64,000 bases of DNA from Candidatus Entotheonellaceae bacterium (GCA_965238075.1 OZ250173.1:2592001-2656000); one strand, 5' to 3'; counted from the stretch's first letter, positions 19,067 to 30,659 are shown. Notes: generated from the sequence alone by a model not told the origin. Translations and numbers: made by a program.

Positions 19067-20989
19067 ATGGATGTTTTGACAGGATTAGCCCAGATACGGG
19101 CGGGAATGGATCAGTACGTTGTCGGCCATGACGATGTGAAAGAAGGCATTCTACTTGGTGTCATTGCGCGCGAGCATATCTATCTCGAAGGCCCGCCAGG
19201 GACGGCGAAAACGATGCTGGCCGAGGTGACCTCGGACGCTGCGGAGTTGAAGTTCTTCTTCTATCAGTTGCACCGCGACACCCGTCTGGCGGAATTGGTC
19301 GGCGATACGGTGATTTTCCGTGAGAAGGACGAGTCGGGCGGCGAGGTGATCCGGCAGGTGAACCGCAAGGGCGGCATTCTGACCTCGGAAATCTGCGTGC
19401 TCGACGATATCTCCCGTGCGCCCGGTGAGGCCCTGAACGTCCTGCTTCGCGTGCTCAATGAGCGCAAGTTCGGCGACGACCGCATTCCCCTGCTGACCGC
19501 CATCGCCACCGGGAATCCCACCAAGGAAGACTATTACAACGAGCCCCTGGATCCGGCCAACCTGGACCGCTTCACCATCCAGATGCGCACCCTCGGTCTG
19601 CTGCAGCGCAACATGTGGCAGGCGGCCGCGGCGGTCATTGACCGCTATGCCGACGGCCATCTGAGTCCCGAAGCCTCGCCGCGCGTCACGCGGGCGGTGC
19701 TGGACGGCGCCACCGAACTGCTCCCCAAGGTGGATCTGACGGCGGCGGTGAAGGAACTGTTGCTGGAATTCCTCAACGTGCTGCTGAACGACTACGGCTG
19801 CAATGACAGCAACTCGCTGCTGACGGACCGCACCTTCCTCGTCAAGGCGGTGAAAATCCTCAAGGCCAAGGCCGTGCTCGAGGGCCGCGACCACTGCGTG
19901 CCCGAAGACTTGCACGTCCTCAAATACCTCACGGCGTTCCGCATTCCCGAGGAACTGCACAACCGCCTCGATGAGATCATCGACCAGCTGCTGCGAAAAA
20001 AAAAAGTTGAGCCAGAAGACGACGACACCGTCGAGCAACTGAGCGAGGCGCAGTCCGAGGAGCGTTCGGACGGGCAGCCGCGCACCGATTACACCGCTCA
20101 GGAAGCGAACGTCGATCACCGCAAGCAGGAACTCGAGCTCGGCGACATGGTGCAGCAGTCCCTCAGCCCGAACGCCGACGATGACGGTGAGAAAGCCGAG
20201 CTGAACCTCGATAACGAGTCGATCGACAACATCGAGGTGCTGCTCAAGGTCCTGAAGGGCCGCATCGAAAAGAACCTCGCCGAAAAGGTGCCGCACCGCG
20301 GCGGCCAGCCGCGCAAGTGGCGCCGCATGACGTCGTTCGACGACCTCCTCGACACCGATCCCGTCGAAAGCACCATCTGGTACGAGAATGTCACTCCCCA
20401 ACTGCCCCGCATGCTGTTGCGCGAGCGCCACGACCGCGGCGGCGAGCTCGCCATCCTGCGTGACATCAGTTCGTCCATGGCCGGCATCTACTCCAAGTGG
20501 GCGTCGTCCGTCATCCTGCGCCTGGTGGAGATGGTCCGCAAAAAGCGCATGCGGGTGGGCTATATCGAGTTCAATCACCTGTCCACCAAGTACCAGGTGG
20601 ACGGCAAGTTCTTCATGCGCGACTACGAAAAGATGACGCGCCGCGCCCTGCACCTGCACTGTTCCGGCTGCACCAACTACCAGAATTCCCTGGAGGACGC
20701 GCTGCACGAATTCAAGCGTCTGGGACGCGGCAACCAGCACATCCTCTTCCTGACCGACGGCGTGCCCACCCAGGGCGACTGGGAAGTGAAAGCCGAGCGC
20801 GCCCTGGCGCAGGAGTTGAACGTTTCCATTCACACCATTTTCATCGGCAAGAACAAGTGCCCGCGCATCCTGGAAATCCTCTCCGAGGAGACCAACGGCG
20901 CGCAGTTTCAGGCCTCGACGGATCGCTACGGCGTCATTCGTATTGAAGAGCGCCATTCGCAGCAGGCCCCTGAACTGGTTGCGCACTAA
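19067..20989 (+). CDS. RavA/MoxR-like AAA+ ATPase fused to a C-terminal vWA (ViaA-like) domain, paralog 1
   Basis: Walker A GPPGTAKT, Walker B VLDDI, LNER, LDRF; acidic linker; MIDAS DISSS, TNY, LTDG. Confidence 0.85.
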   Translation: MDVLTGLAQIRAGMDQYVVGHDDVKEGILLGVIAREHIYLEGPPGTAKTMLAEVTSDAAELKFFFYQLHRDTRLAELVGDTVIFREKDESGGEVIRQVNRKGGILTSEICVLDDISRAPGEALNVLLRVLNERKFGDDRIPLLTAIATGNPTKEDYYNEPLDPANLDRFTIQMRTLGLLQRNMWQAAAAVIDRYADGHLSPEASPRVTRAVLDGATELLPKVDLTAAVKELLLEFLNVLLNDYGCNDSNSLLTDRTFLVKAVKILKAKAVLEGRDHCVPEDLHVLKYLTAFRIPEELHNRLDEIIDQLLRKKKVEPEDDDTVEQLSEAQSEERSDGQPRTDYTAQEANVDHRKQELELGDMVQQSLSPNADDDGEKAELNLDNESIDNIEVLLKVLKGRIEKNLAEKVPHRGGQPRKWRRMTSFDDLLDTDPVESTIWYENVTPQLPRMLLRERHDRGGELAILRDISSSMAGIYSKWASSVILRLVEMVRKKRMRVGYIEFNHLSTKYQVDGKFFMRDYEKMTRRALHLHCSGCTNYQNSLEDALHEFKRLGRGNQHILFLTDGVPTQGDWEVKAERALAQELNVSIHTIFIGKNKCPRILEILSEETNGAQFQASTDRYGVIRIEERHSQQAPELVAH

Positions 20990-20997
20990 GGGCATGT

Positions 20998-21028
20998 TGT
21001 CGGAATACGCTTTGCTAATCCGACCTAC
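20998..21028. repeat. GTAG-type REP, family C
   Basis: tgtcggaatacgctttgctaatccgacctac. Confidence 0.7.
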
Positions 21029-21076
21029 GTGTTGTGAAGGTTTGTCTTTACTAAACACTGTTTTAAGGAGAATGAC

Positions 21077-21976
21077 ATGCTGTTGGAGGGCAAGGTCGCC
21101 GTGGTCACGGGCGGTGGCAACGGCATCGGGCGTGAGATCAGCAAGCTGATGGGCGCCGAGGGCGCCAAGGTGGTCGTGAACGACCTGGGGACGGCTGTTG
21201 ACGGGGCAGGCGAATCGAGTTCCGCGGCCGATCAGACCGTGCAGATGATCAAGGACGCCGGCGGCGAGGCGACGCCGAATTACGAGAGTGTGGCGACCCC
21301 GGAGGGCGGCGAGAGCATCATCCAGACTGCGGTGGATACGTACGGCAAGCTGGATATTCTGGTGCACGTGGCCGGCATTTTGCGCGACCGCATGATTTTC
21401 AACATGAGCGTCGAGGAATGGGACGCGGTGATCAACGTGCACCTGCGCGGCGCCTATTGCGTCAATAAGCCGGCCTGCGTCCTGATGCGGCAGCAGAAGA
21501 GCGGCTGCATCATCAACTTCTCGTCGATTTCCGGTGCCGGCAACTCCGGGCAGGCCAACTACGCGGCGGCCAAGGCGGGCATTCTCGGCTTGACGCGCAC
21601 CATTGCGCGCGACATGGCGAAATACGGCGTGCGCGCCAATGCCATCTGGCCGGGTGCGGACACCCGCATGACCGCCACCGTGCCTGAATCGGCACGCCAG
21701 ATTCGCTCCGAGCGCGGCCTGGGCGAGATGCGCATGTCGGCCATTCGCCGACCCGAAAGCGTCGCCTCGGTGGTGGCCTTCCTGGCTTCGGACATGGCCG
21801 AGAACATTACCGGCTGGACGGTCGGCATCATCGGCGACCGCCTGTCGCTGATCGACGACCCGGTGCCCGTGAAGACGGTATTTTGCGAGGGCGGCTGGAC
21901 GCTGGACCAGGTTGCCGAATGGTGGCCGGAGACCTTCGGGACCGACTTGCGCCACCTGGATCAGCCGCAGCAGTAA
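21077..21976 (+). CDS. SDR oxidoreductase (hydroxyacyl-CoA dehydrogenase-like), copy 1
   Basis: TGGGNGIG, VVVNDLG, AGILRDRM, S...YAAAK. Confidence 0.92.
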   Translation: MLLEGKVAVVTGGGNGIGREISKLMGAEGAKVVVNDLGTAVDGAGESSSAADQTVQMIKDAGGEATPNYESVATPEGGESIIQTAVDTYGKLDILVHVAGILRDRMIFNMSVEEWDAVINVHLRGAYCVNKPACVLMRQQKSGCIINFSSISGAGNSGQANYAAAKAGILGLTRTIARDMAKYGVRANAIWPGADTRMTATVPESARQIRSERGLGEMRMSAIRRPESVASVVAFLASDMAENITGWTVGIIGDRLSLIDDPVPVKTVFCEGGWTLDQVAEWWPETFGTDLRHLDQPQQ

Positions 21977-22008
21977 TCGGCAACAACCCATTCCTGAGGG
22001 AAAACGAC

Positions 22009-22911
22009 ATGCGATTGGAAGGTAAGGTCGCCGTGGTCACGGGCGGTGGCAACGGCATTGGGCGTGAGATCAGCAAGCTGATGGGCGCCGAGGGCGCCAA
22101 GGTGGTTGTGAACGACCTGGGGACGGCGGTTGACGGGGCAGGCGAATCGAGTTCCGCGGCCGATCAGACGGTGCAGATGATCAAGGATGCCGGGGGCGAA
22201 GCGACGCCGAACTACGAGAGCGTGGCGACCCCGGAGGGCGGCCAGAGCATCATTCAGACCGCGGTGGATACGTACGGCAAGCTGGATATTCTGGTGCACG
22301 TGGCCGGCATTCTGCGCGACCGCATGATTTTCAACATGTCCATCGAAGAATGGGATGCCGTCATCAACGTGCACCTGCGCGGCGCCTACTGCGTCAATAA
22401 GCCGGCCTGCGTCCTGATGCGTCAGCAAAAAAGCGGTTGCATCATCAACTTCTCGTCGATTTCCGGCGCCGGCAACTCCGGGCAGGCCAACTACGCGGCG
22501 GCCAAGGCCGGGATTCTCGGCCTGACGCGCACCGTCGCGCGTGACATGGCGAAATACGGCGTGCGCGCCAACGCCATCTGGCCGGGTGCCGACACCCGCA
22601 TGACGGCCACGGTTCCCGAGGCGGCGCGCCAGATTCGCGCCGAACGCGGTATCGGACAGGTCATCGCGGCCACCGCCGAGCGCCGGCCGGAGAACGTCGC
22701 CGCGGTGGTGGCTTACTTGGCCAGCGATGCGGCGGCAGACATTACGGGCTGGACGGTTGGCATTTCGGGTGACCGGCTATCCCTGATCGAAGACCCGCGT
22801 CCGGTGAAAACGGTCTTCTGCCCCGGCGGCTGGACGCTCGACAAGGTCGTTGAGTTGTGGCCCGGCTCTTTCGGGCTCGACCTGCGCCACCTGCAACGCG
22901 CCGGTCAATAA
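22009..22911 (+). CDS. SDR oxidoreductase, tandem copy 2
   Basis: Same motifs; near-identical to copy 1 over the first ~200 aa. Confidence 0.92.
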   Translation: MRLEGKVAVVTGGGNGIGREISKLMGAEGAKVVVNDLGTAVDGAGESSSAADQTVQMIKDAGGEATPNYESVATPEGGQSIIQTAVDTYGKLDILVHVAGILRDRMIFNMSIEEWDAVINVHLRGAYCVNKPACVLMRQQKSGCIINFSSISGAGNSGQANYAAAKAGILGLTRTVARDMAKYGVRANAIWPGADTRMTATVPEAARQIRAERGIGQVIAATAERRPENVAAVVAYLASDAAADITGWTVGISGDRLSLIEDPRPVKTVFCPGGWTLDKVVELWPGSFGLDLRHLQRAGQ

Positions 22912-23013
22912 CCCCATTGGCACCGCGCCCGCCACTTGCGGCGTGCGGTGCCTTCCCTCCGCCTCAGAATACTTTGTCCGGGTGTCTCCCTCCGGTCAGG
23001 AGAAGTAAGGCCC

Positions 23014-23685
23014 GTGATTCTCGACATGCACGCGCATACCGCGGCCTCCGATGACAGCACCGCCACGATCGAAGGCTATATCGAACTGATTCAAGCCTAC
23101 CGCCAATTTCATCCCTTTGACGGCTTTGTCCTCACCGAGCACCGCACCTACACTCCCGGATTGAACCTGCAGCATTACTGGGACACTCACGGCGTCCGCA
23201 TTTTCCAGGGCATCGAGATGGACACCAACCTGGGCCATCTGCTGGTCTACGGCGTCAACCAGCGGGTTCTGGAACGCTTCGACGTGACCAAGCGCATGCA
23301 CGACGGCCGCCGTATTATCCCGCAGCTGACCAGCCTGGGTGCATTCGCTGCTCCGTCTCACCCCTTTCGGGAATCGGTGTTCGGGCCCATCATGGAGCGC
23401 GACCCCGAGGAAATCGCGGGCATGCACACCATCGAGGCGCACAACGGCCAGAATCGCCCGGAGCAGAACAGCCGCGCGTCGGACCTGTGCGAGCGTTATG
23501 ACCTGCGCGCGCTGTGCGGCAGCGACGCGCATTACGTCAGTCCCCTGTGGTTCCTCACCTGCGCCACGGCCTTCGAGGACACCATCACCTCGGAGGCAGA
23601 ACTGGTAGAGGCGCTGCACGACGGTGCGTATCGCCCGATGTGTCTGCCGCGGATGCATGCCGTGAGCGGTGAGAAGAAAGGGTGA
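23014..23685 (+). CDS. PHP domain metal-dependent phosphoesterase
   Basis: DMHAHT, TEH, GIE, GHLL, HPFR, GSDAH. Confidence 0.87.
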   Translation: MILDMHAHTAASDDSTATIEGYIELIQAYRQFHPFDGFVLTEHRTYTPGLNLQHYWDTHGVRIFQGIEMDTNLGHLLVYGVNQRVLERFDVTKRMHDGRRIIPQLTSLGAFAAPSHPFRESVFGPIMERDPEEIAGMHTIEAHNGQNRPEQNSRASDLCERYDLRALCGSDAHYVSPLWFLTCATAFEDTITSEAELVEALHDGAYRPMCLPRMHAVSGEKKG

Positions 23686-23732
23686 CAGGGAGGGTGTGAA
23701 CGAGTCGCTGAGGCGCGAATAGCCTTCTGGTG

Positions 23733-23805
23733 GTCATTCCGGGCTTGACCTGGAATCCACTGACCTCGGATCCAGTCCGGGATGGCGTTCTTTCGCCGGA
23801 GTGAC
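23733..23805. repeat. Palindromic repeat, family A
   Basis: gtcattccgggcttgacctggaatcca ... gttctttcgccggagtgac. Confidence 0.75.
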
Positions 23806-23851
23806 AACATCCTCCGACATTTCCCCACTCACTCACCAGAGGAACTCCGAT

Positions 23852-24937
23852 ATGCCAGCGAGCCCGCTGTTCAACAAGCATCTCGAACAACAAGCCTGCT
23901 TCACCACCGTTAACGACTGGCAAATGCCGCAGCACTACGGTAATCCGCAAGCCGAATACCGGGCGCTGCGACGCGGTTTCGGGTTGATCGATCTGTCGAA
24001 CCGGGGTCTGATCCGCGTCGAGGGCCACGACCGGCAACGCTTCCTGAACGCCATGTTGTCCAATAACACCGAAGATCTGGAGCCGGGCCAGGGATGTTAC
24101 GCCACGTTTCTGAACGCCAAGGGGCACATGGTGACGGACCTGGTGGTGTACGCTGAAGAGGCGTCGTATCTCCTGGAAGTCGAGCCCCACATGGTGTCTA
24201 CCTTTCTGGAGGCCATCGATTATTTCGTCATCTCCGAGGACGTCACGTTTACGGTCGAGACCGAAACGTGGGCCGTGCTCGGTGTGCAGGGTCCCAAAGC
24301 CCCTGACGTGCTGATTGCCGTGAGCGGCCAGGAACGGCTTCGAGACTTGGCGCCGTACGGCAGTCAGCCATGCCGGGTTGAGGACCATGACGTATGGGTC
24401 GCCCGGCGCAGCTATACCCGAGAGCCGGGCTACCTGGTTCTCGCTGCCCCCGCGGTTGCGGAGGACGCCTGGACGACGATGTGGCAGCAGGGTGAGGTGT
24501 TCGAGGGGTGTGCGGTCGGCCTCGAGGCGTTGGACACCCTGCGCATTGAATCGGGTACGCCGCGTTTCGGGGTCGACATGACGGCAGCGACGATCCCGAT
24601 CGAGGCCAACCTGCAGGACGCCATCAGCTACACCAAGGGCTGCTACATCGGGCAGGAGGTTATTGCGCGCATCGACGCGCGCGGACACGTCAATCGCCAG
24701 CTTACCGGCCTGCTGCTCGGCGACGCCGAATTGCCCGAAGCGGGGACCAAAATTTTTTCCCCGGAGCGGGAAGTCGGCTGGATTACCAGTGCGACGCAAT
24801 CGCCGGCCATGAAACAGACCATAGCCTTGGGCTACGTACGCTGGGAGGCGTTGGAGCCGGGCACGGCTTTGCAGGTGCGGACGGATGCTGGCGACATCCC
24901 GGCGATGGTGAGCGCATTGCCGTTCGATGACCGGTGA
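23852..24937 (+). CDS. GcvT/YgfZ family folate-binding aminomethyltransferase-like protein
   Basis: DLSNRG, LNAKG, LRIESG, KGCYIGQE (YgfZ signature). Confidence 0.88.
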   Translation: MPASPLFNKHLEQQACFTTVNDWQMPQHYGNPQAEYRALRRGFGLIDLSNRGLIRVEGHDRQRFLNAMLSNNTEDLEPGQGCYATFLNAKGHMVTDLVVYAEEASYLLEVEPHMVSTFLEAIDYFVISEDVTFTVETETWAVLGVQGPKAPDVLIAVSGQERLRDLAPYGSQPCRVEDHDVWVARRSYTREPGYLVLAAPAVAEDAWTTMWQQGEVFEGCAVGLEALDTLRIESGTPRFGVDMTAATIPIEANLQDAISYTKGCYIGQEVIARIDARGHVNRQLTGLLLGDAELPEAGTKIFSPEREVGWITSATQSPAMKQTIALGYVRWEALEPGTALQVRTDAGDIPAMVSALPFDDR

Positions 24938-24975
24938 CCCCTGACTACCTTTTACCAGCCCTGTGGAGATGAATC

Positions 24976-27105
24976 ATGAGTTACGATCAAGCCGCGGTAC
25001 GAGTCGTTCTCGATCAGGTGCGGGCGGATGGGCGCAGCGCCTTGACGGCCCCGGAGGGGAAGCGGCTTTGCGAGGCGTACGGCATCGCGGCGCCTCAGGA
25101 AGGCATGGCGGCTTCGGCTGCCGAAGCGGTGGCTCTGGCGCGGCAGATCGGCTTTCCCGTGGTGCTCAAGATCGCCTCCCCCGACATTCTCCACAAGACG
25201 GACGCTGGCGGCGTTCTCACCGGGCTCAACTCGGCTGCCGAGGTCGAGCAAGGCTACGCGACGGTCATGGCCAACGCCGCTGCGCATCAACCCGGCGCGG
25301 CCATCGACGGCGTGCAGGTGCAACGCATGCTGGGTGCCGCCCATGAGGTCATTATCGGCGCTGTCACGGACCCCAGTTTCGGCAAGCTGGTCGCCTTCGG
25401 CATGGGCGGTGTGATGGTCGAGGTCATGAAGGATATTGCCTTCCGCCTGGCGCCGGCGTCGCACCAGGAAGCCGTCGGCATGCTCGACGACATCGCCGGC
25501 GCCGCCGTGCTGCGCGGCGTGCGGGGCGCTGCGGGGGTGAATCGTGACGCCCTGGGCGCGGTAATCGAGAATGTCTCGCATTTGGTGCATGATTTTCCCG
25601 AAATCAGCGAGCTGGACCTCAATCCGGTATTCGCCGACAGCGCCGGCGCCACGGCCGTCGACGTGCGCATTCTGGTGGATTTTGCCGCCGCCCCGGCGCG
25701 CCCTCGGCCGTCGCAGGACGACATCCTGCGGGCCATGCGCCGGATCATGCAGCCCGAGTCAGTGGCGGTCATCGGGGCGTCGCCGGAGGAGGGGAAGATT
25801 GGCAATTCGGTGATGCAGAACCTCATCAACGGCGGCTACCAGGGGCAGATTTACCCGATTCATCCGCGCGCCGAGGAGATTCTGGGGCGACGGTGTTATC
25901 AGCGTGTCACCGACGTGCCCGCCGAGATCGACATCGCCATCTTCTGCATCCCGGCGCGCTTTGTGGCCGGCGTGCTGGCGGAAGTGGGCAAAAAGGGCAT
26001 CCCCGGGGCGATTCTGATTCCTTCCGGCTTCGCCGAGGTGGGTGAGGACGCCTTGCAGCAGGAGGTCGTCAGGGTGGCGCGCGAGCACAACGTGCGCCTC
26101 ATGGGGCCTAACATTTACGGCTTCTACTACACCCACAGGAACCTGTGCGCGACCTTTTGCACGCCGTACGACGAAAAGGGCGCCGTGGCTCTAACCTCGC
26201 AGAGCGGCGGGGTTGGCATGGCAATCATCGGTTTCAGCCGTTCGGCGAAGATGGGGGTGTCGGCGATTGTCGGGCTGGGGAACAAGGCGGATATCGACGA
26301 GGACGACCTGCTGACCTTTTTCGAGCAGGACCCGAACACGCAGGTCGTGGCCATGCACGTTGAGGATCTGAAGGACGGGCGGGCGTTTGCCGAAGTCGCC
26401 CAGCGGGTGTCCAAGCACAAGCCGGTGGTGGTGCTGAAGGCCGGCCGCACGGCGATGGGGGCGCGGGCGGCAAGGTCGCACACCGGCGCCCTGGCGGGCA
26501 ACGACGCCATTTACGACGCGGTGCTGCGGCAGAGCGGCGTCATTCGCGCCCGCAACCTCAACGACATGCTGGAATTTGCCCGCGGGCTGCAAATCCTGCC
26601 GACGCCGCAGGGCGAGAACGTCGTCATCGTCACCGGCGCCGGCGGCTCCGGCGTGCTGCTCTCCGACGCCTGTGTAGACCACGGCCTCAACCTGATGGCC
26701 ATGCCGTCCGACCTCGACGCTGCCTTCAAAGCGTACATCCCGCCGTTCGGCGCATCCGGCAATCCCATCGACATCACCGGCGGCGAGCCCCCCTCCACCT
26801 ATCGCAACACCATCAAGCTCGCCCTCGACGACGCCCGCATCCACGCCCTCATCCTCGGCTATTGGCATACCATCATCACGCCGCCCATGGTGTTCGCCAC
26901 CCTCCTGCAGGAAGTGGTGACGGAGGCCAGGGAACGCGGCATCCACAAGCCCGTCGTGGCCTCGCTGGTTGGCGACGTCGAGGTCGAAGACGCCTGCCGC
27001 TATCTCGTCGATCACAGCATCCTGGCCTACCCGTATGCCACCGAAAAACCCGTTGCCGTTCTGGGCGCCAAGTATCGCTGGGCGCGGATTGCAGGGCTGT
27101 TGTAG
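24976..27105 (+). CDS. NDP-forming acyl-CoA synthetase (acetate-CoA ligase family), ATP-grasp domain first
   Basis: GFPVVLKI.SPDILHKTD, ELDLNP; then VAVIGAS, GPN, SQSGG, SHTGALAG, NPID. Confidence 0.9.
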   Translation: MSYDQAAVRVVLDQVRADGRSALTAPEGKRLCEAYGIAAPQEGMAASAAEAVALARQIGFPVVLKIASPDILHKTDAGGVLTGLNSAAEVEQGYATVMANAAAHQPGAAIDGVQVQRMLGAAHEVIIGAVTDPSFGKLVAFGMGGVMVEVMKDIAFRLAPASHQEAVGMLDDIAGAAVLRGVRGAAGVNRDALGAVIENVSHLVHDFPEISELDLNPVFADSAGATAVDVRILVDFAAAPARPRPSQDDILRAMRRIMQPESVAVIGASPEEGKIGNSVMQNLINGGYQGQIYPIHPRAEEILGRRCYQRVTDVPAEIDIAIFCIPARFVAGVLAEVGKKGIPGAILIPSGFAEVGEDALQQEVVRVAREHNVRLMGPNIYGFYYTHRNLCATFCTPYDEKGAVALTSQSGGVGMAIIGFSRSAKMGVSAIVGLGNKADIDEDDLLTFFEQDPNTQVVAMHVEDLKDGRAFAEVAQRVSKHKPVVVLKAGRTAMGARAARSHTGALAGNDAIYDAVLRQSGVIRARNLNDMLEFARGLQILPTPQGENVVIVTGAGGSGVLLSDACVDHGLNLMAMPSDLDAAFKAYIPPFGASGNPIDITGGEPPSTYRNTIKLALDDARIHALILGYWHTIITPPMVFATLLQEVVTEARERGIHKPVVASLVGDVEVEDACRYLVDHSILAYPYATEKPVAVLGAKYRWARIAGLL

Positions 27106-27267
27106 CCGGTGGATTCGGCGTTCTGTGAAGAGCTTGGCAATGGCTTTCGGGCCAATGTGCCTGAGTTATTCTCCACTACCGAGTTATCAGAACGAACATG
27201 CCTGATATTTGATGGTTAGGTGACACTATGGGATACCAAGCGTTAGAAGTCACAGGAGCGAGACAGT

Positions 27268-28179
27268 ATGGAATCAGAAAGACCTCGGTTCCGGAATGCC
27301 GAGTACTACAGCTCGTTTACTCTTGAAGAGTTGGGAAACGCAAACCGGGAAACCCAGAAGGAGGTGATGCGTAACTGGTTTTTTGATAACTACGAAGATC
27401 CAGTGGAGCGTACGCCTTATGAATCGAGAGAAGGGGGGTATATTTACATCTGGGGTGGCCCGTACAAAGCCGATTGGGAGATCAGTGGGGTTTTCGAAGG
27501 ATACATCCCTGATGACGTCATTCAGGAACTCGTCGATGAGTTGGAATACTATTGTTCTGACTGGACAAGCGCGCCTCGGGATGACGATTATGATGACTAT
27601 TATTCGTCGGTCCTACTATCGAACCCTGAGTTCCACAAGGACCTGGTAGAAAGCCTGGAGAGAGTTAACACGCTCCTCGACGTCGAAGTAGTTGAACAAC
27701 TGCGGCAGCATTACCTACGTCTGCTTTACATAAACGTCATAACGGCTCTAGAAAGTTTTCTGTCTGATGGCTTCATCAATACGGTGATGTCAGACCCCGC
27801 ACTGGTCCGAAAATTCGTTGAGACAAACCCAGACTTTGCAAGAAAGAAATTCGCACTCAGCGAGCTATTCGAGCAGGCGGACGTAATCGAGGACAAGGTA
27901 AAGCGCTACCTCAGCTCACTCATGTGGCACAATCTTGAGAAAATCAAACCCATGTATAAAGAAACACTCGATATTGAGTTCCCGAAAGACCTTGCACATC
28001 TATTTCGGGCAATACTCATGCGACACGACTTGGTCCACCGCAACGGAAAGACCAAAGACGGCGGAGAGATTTTGCTAAACCGGAACGACGTTTCTGACCT
28101 CATAGAGCAAGTCCGAACTTTTGGCGAACATGTGGACGGCCAATTTGGATCTAATCTGCCCGATGATTTGGGGTTCTAG
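27268..28179 (+). CDS. Low-GC hypothetical protein with a C-terminal HEPN-like R-x4-H motif; integron-cassette-like
   Basis: ITALESFLSD helix and RHDLVHRNG motif; visibly AT-richer than neighbours; flanked by complementary core sites. Confidence 0.65.
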   Translation: MESERPRFRNAEYYSSFTLEELGNANRETQKEVMRNWFFDNYEDPVERTPYESREGGYIYIWGGPYKADWEISGVFEGYIPDDVIQELVDELEYYCSDWTSAPRDDDYDDYYSSVLLSNPEFHKDLVESLERVNTLLDVEVVEQLRQHYLRLLYINVITALESFLSDGFINTVMSDPALVRKFVETNPDFARKKFALSELFEQADVIEDKVKRYLSSLMWHNLEKIKPMYKETLDIEFPKDLAHLFRAILMRHDLVHRNGKTKDGGEILLNRNDVSDLIEQVRTFGEHVDGQFGSNLPDDLGF

Positions 28180-28200
28180 AAGACGAGTTGGCGATTAGCC

Positions 28201-28287
28201 ACTTCTAACAATGTCTTCTAGCCGACCGCCTACAGCCTACGTTCCTTCGTCGCTTCGGCTTCCGGCAGCGGCTGAAGGCTAGTAGGT
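28201..28287 (+). other. attC-like recombination site (right core degenerate)
   Basis: Inverse core ACTTCTAAC exactly complements GTTAGAAGT at 27242-27250; imperfect stem gtcttc(t)agccg / cggctgaaggc with one extra base. Confidence 0.7.
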
Positions 28288-28302
28288 GTAAGGGGGAAGA
28301 TT

Positions 28303-28548
28303 GTGGGAGCCGTATCAGGGTTTGAGCGCATTACCTTTGATCCACACGTGATGGGCGGACGAGCATGCCTGCGAAGCATGCGGGTCACGGTATCGCTACT
28401 GATGAACCTGGTGGCTAATGGCATGACCATACCCGAGATTATCGCAGCCTACCCATATCTCGAACCGGAGGATGTCCGCCAAGCCCTGCAATACGCGGCA
28501 TGGCTTGCGGAGGAAACGGTCCATCCGTTGGAACCAGCCCGCCTGTGA
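28303..28548 (+). CDS. DUF433 antitoxin
   Basis: RITFDPHVMGGRACLRSMRVTV, YPYLEPEDVRQAL.YAA. Confidence 0.88.
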   Translation: MGAVSGFERITFDPHVMGGRACLRSMRVTVSLLMNLVANGMTIPEIIAAYPYLEPEDVRQALQYAAWLAEETVHPLEPARL

Positions 28549-28767
28549 AATTCCTGGCAGACATGGGCATCTCTCCCCAGACAATTGATTTCTTACAAAC
28601 CCTGGGACACGATGCCGTCCATTCGCCTCCGCAATATGCATCCTGATCAAGTCGATGCCGCGCTACAGCTCATTATTCCTCAGCATTGGGAAGCCCTTGA
28701 GCATGGGGCTATTCTCAGTGTGACCGAGGGGCGGGTGCGGGTGCGTTCTTTGCCGATTGGAACCTGA
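28545..28767 (+). pseudogene. DUF5615 PIN-like toxin with internal deletion and frameshift
   Basis: GTGA overlap; MKFLADMGISP...GHDAVH then jumps frame to RLRNMHP...RVRVRSLPI; the central catalytic segment is missing. Confidence 0.75.
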
Positions 28768-28954
28768 AGAGATGCGAATTGCCGGATTTCCCTTGTCTCA
28801 AGCCAGAAGCCCATTGAAATCGCATTACTTGCATAAAGCAGCACCCGAATAGCAAAGCACTACAGGCGGTTACGAGAGGCGGAAACACCGGACAACCTGT
28901 AAGGGCGCACGACGGGAAGCACCGCAGCCCTGGCCGCGGTGCCGGTTACAGGGA

Positions 28955-30568
<1,614 letters not shown>

Positions 30569-30659
30569 TTATAAGGTGAGATGATGTCGTAAGGGCGCTT
30601 ATCCTAACCAAAAACAGGACCCCTTGACAACTAGGGCGGGCACCCGAGGGTGGACCGCT

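Noticed and set aside
19151-21991. 946-aa antisense ORF and other long shadow ORFs (e.g. 6871-8250, 29255-30574, 56535-58130, 62291-63706)
   Set aside because: Antisense to well-supported genes with no motifs; expected in GC-rich DNA.
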